From: a virus
Taxonomy: Duplodnaviria; Heunggongvirae; Uroviricota; Caudoviricetes
IMG/VR virus record: IMGVR_UViG_2579779084_000010
DNA: 49,811 nt
Reading direction: 5' to 3' (one strand)
Shown piece by piece: positions 40,658 to 48,141 of the stretch. Position numbers and translations under genes: made by a program. Below the pieces are notes generated by a model. It had not been told where the DNA came from and did not search any database. It saw only the letters and a program-made list of their open reading frames with translations. Every line of letters starts with the position of its first letter. The first letter of the stretch is position 1.

Positions 40658-40936
40658 TTACCTCCAGATGCGTTGCTGGAATGTACGGGACGGACGCGGT
40701 GGGCGTTCGGAGTAAGGCAATCTGACTGAGATTATCCAGTGACGGTAGTCGAGACTAAGGGCTTTCTTAACCTCGTATCCGCGCCTGCGGTAACACTGAA
40801 TTATCCATTCAGCCTGCTCTTCAGTGCATGGAGGGTGCTGGAACCATTCAGACTTGAATGCGTGAGAATACCGCTCGTGCGTGCAGGCAAGAACGGGCGA
40901 ATTATCAGAATTGTAATATTTTACGTTGCGTGCCAT
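40658..40936 (-). CDS. Hypothetical nin-region protein
   Basis: 92 aa ORF, Cys/His-containing, no assignable family. Confidence 0.35.
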   Translation of the reverse strand: MARNVKYYNSDNSPVLACTHERYSHAFKSEWFQHPPCTEEQAEWIIQCYRRRGYEVKKALSLDYRHWIISVRLPYSERPPRPSRTFQQRIWR

Positions 40937-41002
40937 CGGTTTTCTCCGGTGGCACGGTGTTACTCAGCGGGAGTTCAGCCCCGCGCAAGATTGTAGATGA
41001 GT

Positions 41003-41254
41003 TTATTCTTCTGCAAAAGCTGAAAAGCCTGCTTTTATTCCGATCTCTTTCAGTGCCTGTAATGAAGTGACAAACTCACCTTCGCGCAAGATAAATCCGT
41101 CCGTGACCCGAGCATCCACAAAATTAATTAACGCAGCCCCATTCTTTCGCAAACACAGAATGCGGTAATGACTAACAATGTTTCCATTTTCAACGCACAC
41201 AGCATAGAGGCCATCTTCACAAAAAATTTTACGCAGTTCTTCGATGTTCATCAT
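41003..41254 (-). CDS. Hypothetical small protein (Rem-like by size and position)
   Basis: 83 aa ORF located between hok and the DUF968 gene, as rem is in Qin; identity not verified. Confidence 0.35.
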   Translation of the reverse strand: MMNIEELRKIFCEDGLYAVCVENGNIVSHYRILCLRKNGAALINFVDARVTDGFILREGEFVTSLQALKEIGIKAGFSAFAEE

Positions 41255-41374
41255 CAGAATCCTTCCGGATAATTAGCTCTCCCCTTTAAGGGACCATCCC
41301 TCTTATCCCTGCGCGCTACTTAAGTATTTTTGATTCTATTCCGGCACCGTCCAGAACTTCAAACGCGTTGAAAA

Positions 41375-41400
41375 TAAAAACAAAACCCCGCCGAAGCGGG
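41375..41400 (-). terminator. Intrinsic terminator downstream of hok
   Basis: Minus-strand CCCGC-TTCG-GCGGG followed by TTTTGTTTTTATTTT. Confidence 0.65.
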
Positions 41401-41470
41401 TTAAGTGCGGGTGCGTTGAGGATGCCTGCCACATCAGAGGTGGCGAGGGATTTATCCCTCGCCGGGTCTC

Positions 41471-41626
41471 TTACTCCTCAGGTTCGTAAGCTGTGAAGAC
41501 AGCGACCTCCGTCTGGCCGGTTCGGATTCGTACCTCGCAGAGGTCTTTCCTCGTTACCAGTGCCGTCACTATGACGGTTAAACAGATGACGATCAGGGCG
41601 ATTAACATCGCCTTTTGCTGCTTCAT
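41471..41626 (-). CDS. hok: Hok-family type I toxin (small membrane-depolarising peptide)
   Basis: 51 aa MKQQKAMLIALIVICLTVIVTALVTRKDLCEVRIRTGQTEVAVFTAYEPEE; strong SD AAGGAG; the ORF-track entry (70 aa) is an in-frame upstream extension. Confidence 0.8.
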   Translation of the reverse strand: MKQQKAMLIALIVICLTVIVTALVTRKDLCEVRIRTGQTEVAVFTAYEPEE

Positions 41627-42091
41627 AGCCTGCTTCTCCTTGCCTTTCGGCACGTAAGAGGCTAACCTACATGTGTCTAGCATGAAATTGGCCTCAGATT
41701 AATGTTAAGCGTCTTGCAGGACGCGTAATGTTAACTGGGGCTTTTCTCTATCTGCCGTTGGTGTTCATGCCCGAGGCAGATAGCCTCAAGCACCCGCAGC
41801 CATTCTACTTAACTACCGTTACCTCGCCAATGTGAAATCAGTCAGAAAGGCGATCCATAAGAACAATAGCAAGACAATAAATCGCCATTACAGCCGTAAT
41901 AGCCAGCGCACATTTGAGAACCAGCACCACAACCTCCTGTATTGGACGTACACCAGTCCTGATGAATATGAGGCTGTCTCGTCAGTGATTCAATACAACT
42001 ATTGGGTATAGTTTCTCTGATTTTTTCTGTGGAAATGGGGCTCAACCACTAGTCATTTAATACGCAAAGTCCGATACAAGCTAACCTTCTA

Positions 42092-42115
42092 GTCCGCTTT
42101 GAGCGAAAAGCGGAC
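42092..42115. repeat. Palindromic hairpin GTCCGCTTT-GAGCGA-AAAGCGGAC bounding the HAD/NUDIX cassette (downstream side)
   Basis: Perfect 9-bp inverted repeat; shares the GTCCGCTT/AAGCGGAC arms with the hairpin at 43558-43581. Confidence 0.55.
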
Positions 42116-42175
42116 GTTGGAAGTTTAAAACTCGCGAACTACTCAGCGTCCATTGATGCGTATTGTGTAACGTGA

Positions 42176-42820
42176 TTAACCACAGATGATATTGAAACGT
42201 TCTCCGGAAATCTTGACCATAATGTCAGACAGTTCGCTGACGGCATGGGCTTCAGATGATCCCAGAGCGTCAGGCTGAACAGCTATTACCGAAGCTCCAC
42301 TTGCCAGCCCTGCTTTTATACCCGCAGATGCATCCTCAAATACCACGCATTCACCAGGCTCAAGGCCCAAAGCCAAAGCTGCTTTGATGTAACCCTCGGG
42401 ACTTGGTTTTCCCGTCATTACATCTTCTGCACACACCATTACTCTGGGTAAGGGGAGATTAGCCGCTTTCATCCTGTTTTCGGCAAGCATTCTGCCTGCA
42501 GAAGTGACAAGTGCCCAGCTATCCGGTGGCAGTTTTGATAAGAGTGCAGCGGCCCCTTTTACTTCAGTAACGCCTTCTGTCGTGTTGATTTCAACCTCTT
42601 CGAGTGAGGCCGCGATTTTATTGGTTTTCTCACCTGCACCAATAAAATGCGTTAGTGTATCAATCGTTTGCCGCCCGTGTGCGTAAGCAATCACAGCCTG
42701 AGAATCAAGACCGTATTCTGCACAAAAATCTCTCCAGACGCTTTCCACTACGGCTGTTGAATCAACCAGCGTACCGTCCATATCGAATAAAAAACCCTTA
42801 GCGTTGAATATCATTGCCAT
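42176..42820 (-). CDS. HAD-superfamily hydrolase (subfamily IA phosphatase/phosphomutase-like)
   Basis: 214 aa; motif I FDMDGTLVDS (nucleophile Asp and Asp+2), motif II-like TSAG, motif III/IV K...EDASAG. Confidence 0.75.
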   Translation of the reverse strand: MAMIFNAKGFLFDMDGTLVDSTAVVESVWRDFCAEYGLDSQAVIAYAHGRQTIDTLTHFIGAGEKTNKIAASLEEVEINTTEGVTEVKGAAALLSKLPPDSWALVTSAGRMLAENRMKAANLPLPRVMVCAEDVMTGKPSPEGYIKAALALGLEPGECVVFEDASAGIKAGLASGASVIAVQPDALGSSEAHAVSELSDIMVKISGERFNIICG

Positions 42821-42843
42821 TCCTTAATGGTTGCAGAAGAAAG

Positions 42844-43482
42844 TTAATCAAACCATGTTTTTTCATCACCTTTCGCTACTCTCAGGCTGACAGCAATCTG
42901 CTCAGGCACAATTCTTGAAAGCGACAATTCAGGCAGGTCGTTGACATCAAAAAAATCAGCATCGAGTGACTCATGGCTGATTGACAGGCTGCCACCTACT
43001 TCTTCACAGAGAAAAATCAGCTTGTAAACATGCCAGGGTAAAGGCGGATGGCCGTGAAGATTACGATCCCAAACTCCCAATAGTTTAGTCACTCTGACTT
43101 TTAATCCGGTTTCTTCTTCGACCTCTCGACGCACAGCTTCAGAAGGTGTATCTCCAACATCTGCCCATCCGCCAGGAAGACTCCATAATCCATCTGCAGC
43201 CTCTTTCACCATCAGAATACGATTATTACGCAGGATAAACGCACGCACATCTGTTTTGGGCGTCGCGTAACCCGTTTCCGATACATGAAACAAATCATTG
43301 CGGCTAATATCAAACTGCGAACTCAGCAGTCCAGCGGCAATTTCACGCAAGGCTTCATAGCGTTCCTTGTCAAAGACGTCTTTTGAATAGGTCAGGCCTG
43401 ACTGCGCGAGGGCCTTTAGTCTCTGGGCAACAAAAATAAGCTTTTCTTGGGTCAACACTTCAGACATGTTTTTCATCTTCAT
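42844..43482 (-). CDS. NUDIX hydrolase with N-terminal accessory domain
   Basis: 212 aa; Nudix box GGWADVGDTPSEAVRREVEEETG matches GX5EX7REUXEEXGU; about 85-aa N-terminal domain before the catalytic fold. Confidence 0.75.
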   Translation of the reverse strand: MKMKNMSEVLTQEKLIFVAQRLKALAQSGLTYSKDVFDKERYEALREIAAGLLSSQFDISRNDLFHVSETGYATPKTDVRAFILRNNRILMVKEAADGLWSLPGGWADVGDTPSEAVRREVEEETGLKVRVTKLLGVWDRNLHGHPPLPWHVYKLIFLCEEVGGSLSISHESLDADFFDVNDLPELSLSRIVPEQIAVSLRVAKGDEKTWFD

Positions 43483-43557
43483 TTATGTATTCAGAGTTCC
43501 TGTTAAGGATACTGCTCAATTCAATGAAGAATAACAAATGCATCTGGCACCTGCTAT

Positions 43558-43581
43558 GTCCGCTTCTGGCACAAAGCGGAC
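43558..43581. repeat. Palindromic hairpin GTCCGCTT-CTGGCACA-AAGCGGAC bounding the HAD/NUDIX cassette (upstream side)
   Basis: 8-bp inverted repeat with the same arms as 42092-42115. Confidence 0.55.
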
Positions 43582-43678
43582 AACCACGCCAGATCTACCC
43601 TGTGCCATGAAAAATGAGAATGTCAATTCACTCCTGAACTAATGCTTTTTAATCTAGTAACGTCTAAAATACCTAACA

Positions 43679-44080
43679 TTATCCCTGATAAAATGCCAGT
43701 ATGCGCTGCATAACTTCACTCATCCGGCACTCGCGACAGATTATGTTTAGGCGACTGTCGTAGCGACGTATTTCTCCATCAGGTAACGACCAGATAAGGT
43801 CCGGATCAACCACAGCTGTTTTCTTCACCTTTGCCCTCGATAGTTTTTTGCGGGCGTTTTGCCAGTCCTTACGCGCCTGTTCAGACGGGAATAACCCGTA
43901 GCCGGAGTTGTATACATCGCCACTGGCTACCAGCTCTCTGGCAAGAACGCTCATCAGATATCTAGTCGCACCTGTTTTAGCTTCCAGTTGCCGTAACGTC
44001 TCACGACCGCTCTGGCGCACGAGTTCCACCACCTGCCCTTTAATTTTTTCCCGCTCTTCTTGTGTAAAAACTTTTGCCAC
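43679..44080 (-). CDS. Hypothetical protein downstream of the replication initiator (possible replication accessory protein)
   Basis: 133 aa basic protein with a C-terminal CRECR pair; function assigned only by position. Confidence 0.35.
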   Translation of the reverse strand: MAKVFTQEEREKIKGQVVELVRQSGRETLRQLEAKTGATRYLMSVLARELVASGDVYNSGYGLFPSEQARKDWQNARKKLSRAKVKKTAVVDPDLIWSLPDGEIRRYDSRLNIICRECRMSEVMQRILAFYQG

Positions 44081-44120
44081 AAGTCCCCCTTAAAATTACC
44101 TCATGACCTGAAATCAAAAC

Positions 44121-45140
44121 TTATCCTCTGAAACCAGGCGGAATTTCTGTATCCGGTTCAGAAATATGATTCACACAACGCTGTACAGGTGAACGTCCCA
44201 GGCGGATGACCAGTTCGTCCCATTTTTCGCGGAGTTTTGACGGGCTCATGATGTTTTTTACCCAGAATGGATCCCGCTGTACCCGACCAAACATTTCGCA
44301 AATTTGTCTGTGGCTTCTGCCATCCAGCATCCGCATTGTGCGCACGTCATTGGCCCAGGCTGTCCAGTTAGGCTCTTTTGGTCGCATGATCTCTCCATCG
44401 TCGCTGGCAGCCTGTTCGTAAAGGTTCACGATCCGCCCCCAAATCCACTGCGCACACGCCAAATCCTCCCTGCTACCCCACTGGCATTTTTTCACACTAA
44501 ACACAACCGCGTCGGGGTTCCGGGTTAAAAAATCCTGTTCAGTCGTCTGCGGGTCCGGTTGCGAAGCTTCCGGACGAAAAGTGTTTTTATTCTCTGTAGT
44601 AATCTCTGTTGTATTCTCTGTAAGATCATCAGGCCATTTTGACCCGATGACATTGGGTCGTTTTGAACCAATGGAGCGTTTCATTTTGACCTCTTCCATC
44701 GTGTCATTTTGACCTGATGGAGCGGCGCATTTTGAACCGATGGATTCGTTCAATTTGCCACCATCTAAAAGCTCGCTCCCATAGTTGATCGTGTAGAAAT
44801 TGGTCATATCGCGCTTTGATTTATTGAGCTTTTCACAACGCAAAAGCCCCAGCGTTTTCAGACTTGCAAACGCGCGTTTTAACGTTGACTCTGACCAGAA
44901 TGGGAACTGTTCCAGCCATTGTTCCGTTGTGTTATAAATCCAGCGAACACCATCACATTCCATACCGGAGTTGGTATCTCTCAACCAGTAGTGCAGTTGT
45001 TGCAAAACAATGGCTTCGTTTAAGCCGATTTTCATTGCCAGCTGCGTGTTTATAACCAGTGGGCGTTCAGCAAAAAGAAGACTCATAATTCCATCCAGCT
45101 TTTTGTTGGTATTGCTGTCGATACGCAAGCTTGAAAGCAA
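44121..45140 (-). CDS. Replication initiator, lambda O-like (replisome organiser) with internal origin iterons
   Basis: 339 aa (true start possibly the internal Met MSLLFAERP near 45086); the coding sequence contains the iteron array at 44634-44765, as lambda ori lies within O. Confidence 0.65.
   Translation of the reverse strand: MLSSLRIDSNTNKKLDGIMSLLFAERPLVINTQLAMKIGLNEAIVLQQLHYWLRDTNSGMECDGVRWIYNTTEQWLEQFPFWSESTLKRAFASLKTLGLLRCEKLNKSKRDMTNFYTINYGSELLDGGKLNESIGSKCAAPSGQNDTMEEVKMKRSIGSKRPNVIGSKWPDDLTENTTEITTENKNTFRPEASQPDPQTTEQDFLTRNPDAVVFSVKKCQWGSREDLACAQWIWGRIVNLYEQAASDDGEIMRPKEPNWTAWANDVRTMRMLDGRSHRQICEMFGRVQRDPFWVKNIMSPSKLREKWDELVIRLGRSPVQRCVNHISEPDTEIPPGFRG
44634..44765. repeat. Origin-like iteron array: about six direct repeats of CATTTTGA(C/A)C(N)GATGG at roughly 23-bp spacing
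   Basis: CCATTTTGACCCGATG, CGTTTTGAACCAATGG, TCATTTTGACCTCTTCCATCG, TCATTTTGACCTGATGG, GCATTTTGAACCGATGG, TCAATTTGCCACCATC read directly from the plus strand. Confidence 0.7.
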
Positions 45141-45588
45141 TTGCTTTTTCTATAAGTTCGTCAGTTTCACGATCTACAACGGCAGGATCTGCAAAAAGCA
45201 GTCCAGATTCCACCACATCGCCATATTCTTTATTTAACCCGGCGATCATGTACGTAATACTTTTTCCATCACTGATCTCACGATACAACCTGAAATCACT
45301 AATCCGGATAGCCTCCATAATTGCAGGCACTAGCGCTGTGAACTTTTCACGCTTATCCCTGGTGTCGATAGCCTTCCAGCGTTCGAATATCTTCACTCGA
45401 TTAACGCTAAGCGCTCGCTGATCAACCGCGCCACCTTCATATGTGACACGCTGAACATCGATGTTCGGGCGCTCTTTCAAAGCCCAGAATGCTTCAGTGA
45501 TTAATATCGTCGCCTGCTCCTGTGTCATTCCTGGTCGACATATCCAGGCATCCAGAGCCTCACGAGCCTGTTCAGGAGTGATTTTCAT
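45067..45588 (-). CDS. YdaT-like early protein (CII-position gene of Rac/Qin-type immunity regions)
   Basis: 173 aa directly downstream of the Cro-analog; assignment by position and size. Confidence 0.45.
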   Translation of the reverse strand: MKITPEQAREALDAWICRPGMTQEQATILITEAFWALKERPNIDVQRVTYEGGAVDQRALSVNRVKIFERWKAIDTRDKREKFTALVPAIMEAIRISDFRLYREISDGKSITYMIAGLNKEYGDVVESGLLFADPAVVDRETDELIEKAIAFKLAYRQQYQQKAGWNYESSFC

Positions 45589-45802
45589 TGTTCAACCGCC
45601 CCGTCCGCTTCGTCTTACGATATTCGTCATAAACTTTGGGATCATACTGAAGCTCCCCGCCAGATGCCTCCTGTAGACGCATCGCGCGACCTTCAGGAAC
45701 CAGTATCCCCCAAGCAGCAACACTTGCCAGTCTCACTCCTGCGGCATTGGCAAGCTTTGTTTTGCTGCCAAAAAAAGTAATTGCGTCAACTTTAAGCATC
45801 AA
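45572..45802 (-). CDS. dicC: DicC-like (Cro-analog) small DNA-binding protein
   Basis: 76 aa, divergent from the DicA-like repressor across an operator-containing intergenic region; HTH-like FGSKTKLANAAGVRLASV. Confidence 0.6.
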   Translation of the reverse strand: MMLKVDAITFFGSKTKLANAAGVRLASVAAWGILVPEGRAMRLQEASGGELQYDPKVYDEYRKTKRTGRLNNENHS

Positions 45803-45810
45803 AGCCCCCT

Positions 45811-45830
45811 CTTGTTAGACCTTTCTAACA
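45811..45830. promoter_or_regulatory. Operator-like palindrome TGTTAGA-CCTT-TCTAACA in the dicC/dicA divergent promoter region
   Basis: Perfect 7-bp inverted repeat read from sequence; half-site recurs at 46324-46342 and 46361-46377. Confidence 0.6.
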
Positions 45831-45879
45831 TTATTGTGCGCGGGATACCTAAGTCAAGAAAAATTAGAATTACCTAACT

Positions 45880-46287
45880 ATGGATACAAGAACCCTAGGC
45901 CAGCGAGTTCTGGCGCGACGAAAAGAATTACGCTTAACACAACGAGAAGCTGCGCGCCTCGCTGGAGTTGCTCACGTCACAATTTCACAATGGGAAAGAG
46001 ACGAAACCCAGCCAGTCGGAAAACGATTGTTTGCTTTAGCGGATGCTCTGAAGTGCTCACCTACATGGCTAATGTTTGGTGATGAAGACAAGGCACCAGT
46101 GCCTGCACAAGAACTTCATGTGGAAACAGAGCTAACTCCCAACCACAAAGAATTGATCGAATTATTCGATGCTCTTCCATCTTCCGAGCAGGAAGCCTTG
46201 CTGTCTGAAATGCGCGCAAGAGTAGAAAACTTCAACAAACTCTTCGAAGAAATGCTTAAAGCGCGTAAAAATAAATCAATAAAATAA
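45880..46287 (+). CDS. dicA: DicA-like XRE-family HTH repressor (CI-analog without peptidase domain)
   Basis: 135 aa; N-terminal HTH (LTQREAARLAGVAHVTISQWE); C-terminal region resembles DicA as I recall it (NFNKLFEEMLKARK). Confidence 0.75.
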   Translation: MDTRTLGQRVLARRKELRLTQREAARLAGVAHVTISQWERDETQPVGKRLFALADALKCSPTWLMFGDEDKAPVPAQELHVETELTPNHKELIELFDALPSSEQEALLSEMRARVENFNKLFEEMLKARKNKSIK

Positions 46288-46323
46288 CATTCTTTTCAAG
46301 TGATTAGTTGCGCTCACTCTTTT

Positions 46324-46342
46324 TGTTAGACTAACCTAACAA
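46324..46342. promoter_or_regulatory. Operator-like palindrome TTGTTAG-N5-CTAACAA upstream of ydfA
   Basis: Same half-site as the 45811-45830 palindrome; a third related dyad GTTAGATTATTCTAA sits at 46361-46377. Confidence 0.5.
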
Positions 46343-46455
46343 AAAACACTTGCCTATCATGTTAGATTATTCTAAATTAATTTCCATCAAGACACCGCAC
46401 GGTGTTCTCAGCAAACAGTTCCGCTACCCCGGCGTTAAGGGGAAATGAGGTCAGC

Positions 46456-46611
46456 ATGGATACTATCGATCTTGGCAACAGCGAATCTCTGGTATGTGGC
46501 GTGTTCCCCAACCAGGACGGTACGTTCACCGCGATGACGTATACCAAAAGCAAAACGTTTAAAACCGAAAATGGTGCCCGTCGCTGGCTGGAAAGAAACT
46601 CAGGTGAGTGA
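46456..46611 (+). CDS. ydfA: YdfA-like small protein
   Basis: 51 aa MDTIDLGNSESLVCGVFPNQDGTFTAMTYTKSKTFKTENGARRWLERNSGE with SD GGAAATGAGG; first gene of the dicB-type operon. Confidence 0.55.
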   Translation: MDTIDLGNSESLVCGVFPNQDGTFTAMTYTKSKTFKTENGARRWLERNSGE

Positions 46612-46612
46612 T

Positions 46613-47188
46613 ATGGATTTCGACACAATCATGGAAAAGGCTTACGAAGAATACTTCGAAGGTCTTGCCGAAGGCGAAGAAGCTCTCAGCTTCAGTGAGT
46701 TTAAACAGGCACTCAGAATAAGAATGTGCTCTCACAATGACGCTGAGCACAAATATGAGAAGCAAAATCAGACCGCAGAAAATTTTGTTCTGGAACCCGG
46801 AGAAACGCTTTTCAAAATTCCCGTTACGTGCCCCATTTGCGGTTTTACATCAGAAGAACTTGACGAACCCTGTAACAATCAGGAAACAACCAAGTATGTC
46901 GAAGATGATACCGAGTGCGCACGAAGAACGATTATATCCACGAGTCCAAACTCCAGGACCAATAAATCTCACTTTGAGAGGGTGATTAATCCACTCCCCC
47001 AAACCAATAAAAAAGATGCCGGAGGACAAAAAACCCAATGGAACAACGGGATATCTGTCAAAAAAAGACGTTCCATTAAAGACAAACAACGCAGCGCCAA
47101 CAACTGTAAGCGCTTTATACCAGTAATCAATTTTCATGTTCTTAAGCGGATTTATTGGTGGTTGCGACATTGCTTAATGAATCCTTAA
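46613..47188 (+). CDS. YdfB/YdfC-like protein, apparently fused, with CPICG...C zinc-ribbon-like motif
   Basis: 192 aa from MDFDTIMEKAYEEYFEGLAEGEE; basic, low-complexity C-terminal tail may reflect a frame change rather than real protein. Confidence 0.4.
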   Translation: MDFDTIMEKAYEEYFEGLAEGEEALSFSEFKQALRIRMCSHNDAEHKYEKQNQTAENFVLEPGETLFKIPVTCPICGFTSEELDEPCNNQETTKYVEDDTECARRTIISTSPNSRTNKSHFERVINPLPQTNKKDAGGQKTQWNNGISVKKRRSIKDKQRSANNCKRFIPVINFHVLKRIYWWLRHCLMNP

Positions 47189-47439
47189 AACTGTGGTGAT
47201 TTTAAGGATACCACCTCGCCTGACGTGGTTAAAAGCAGGCACACAACACGAAAGCGCACGGCGAAGTTCGTCTCACTGTACGGTGTCGGTAAATTTAATT
47301 CGACCGTGCGCTTCCGGTTGTGGCACTCCGCGAAATGGCGCGGCGGTAAGTATGGCGGGGGTATTCCTTCCCCGTTGAGGACACCGGGTTGTCAGGTTGA
47401 CCATACGCCTGAGTGACAACTCCGCTACAACAACCCATG

Positions 47440-47495
47440 TTGATTACCTTTTGGCGGGTATTCGTTTTGTTTTTCCCGTGATACCCGCCCCTTTT
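47440..47495 (+). ncRNA. dicF: DicF-like small RNA (3-prime terminator hairpin and downstream region resemble K-12 dicF)
   Basis: GGCGGGTAT...ATACCCGCC hairpin followed by CCTTTTAAAGTGAATTTTGTGATGCGGTGAATGCGGCTCAGCGCACGCGGAAC, closely resembling my recollection of the dicF 3-prime region; 5-prime part diverged; boundaries approximate. Confidence 0.4.
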
Positions 47496-47672
47496 AAAGT
47501 GAATTTTGTGATGCGGTGAATGCGGCTCAGCGCACGCGGAACAGTTAAAACAAGCGGTCTTTTACTTGCGTAACAGACATCAACTAACAATCCGGCGTTA
47601 ATGGTTTACTGGTTAACGTCACCTGGAGGCACCAGGCGCCGCATCACAAAATTCATTGTTGAGGACGCGATA

Positions 47673-47861
47673 ATGGAAACGTTATTACCAAACGTTAATA
47701 CGTCTGAAGGTTGTTTTGAAATTGGTGTCACTATCAGTAACCCAGTATTTACTGAAGATGCCATTAACAAGAGAAAACAAGAACGGGAGCTATTAAATAA
47801 AATATGCATTGTTTCAATGCTGGCCCGTTTACGCCTGATGCAAAAAGGATGCTGGCAATGA
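47673..47861 (+). CDS. dicB: Cell division inhibitor DicB
   Basis: 62 aa METLLPNVNTSEGCFEIGVTISNPVFTEDAINKRKQERELLNKICIVSMLARLRLMQKGCWQ; SD GAGGA upstream; the ORF-track start at 47601 is an upstream extension. Confidence 0.75.
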   Translation: METLLPNVNTSEGCFEIGVTISNPVFTEDAINKRKQERELLNKICIVSMLARLRLMQKGCWQ

Positions 47862-48061
47862 ATACTACATTTGCACTTGTTCTGACGGTTTTTCTTGTTT
47901 CCGGTGAACCGGTTGACATGGTTACTGGCGTATACGGCTCAATGAAAGAATGCATGGTTGCCGCAGCGGAACAGAAAATTCCCGGTAACTGTTATCCGGT
48001 CGATAAAGTTATTCACATGGATAATAACGAAATCCCGGCAGGACTTAAAACAGCACCGTAA
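47858..48061 (+). CDS. ydfD: YdfD-like small membrane (lysis-associated) protein
   Basis: 67 aa MNTTFALVLTVFLVSGEPVDMVTGVYGSMKECMVAAAEQKIPGNCYPVDKVIHMDNNEIPAGLKTAP; start overlaps the dicB stop (ATGA). Confidence 0.6.
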   Translation: MNTTFALVLTVFLVSGEPVDMVTGVYGSMKECMVAAAEQKIPGNCYPVDKVIHMDNNEIPAGLKTAP

Positions 48062-48141
48062 TTAATATCCGGTTTCATTTTTATATGCCAGCAATGGCAG
48101 GGATTTGTTCACCCTTAAATCTGTAATGAGGTTAAAACAAC

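Noticed and set aside
41842-42045. 67-aa minus-strand ORF with a Gly/Cys/Tyr-rich C-terminus (GGCGAGSQMCAGYYGCNGDLLSCYCSYG), superficially microcin- or bacteriocin-like
   Set aside because: The ORF-track start is a TTG (plus strand reads ...ggggctcaa), not ATG, with no convincing ribosome binding site, and it lies in what should be the hok leader/promoter region. The only in-frame ATG would give a 23-aa peptide. Kept as a curiosity, not annotated.
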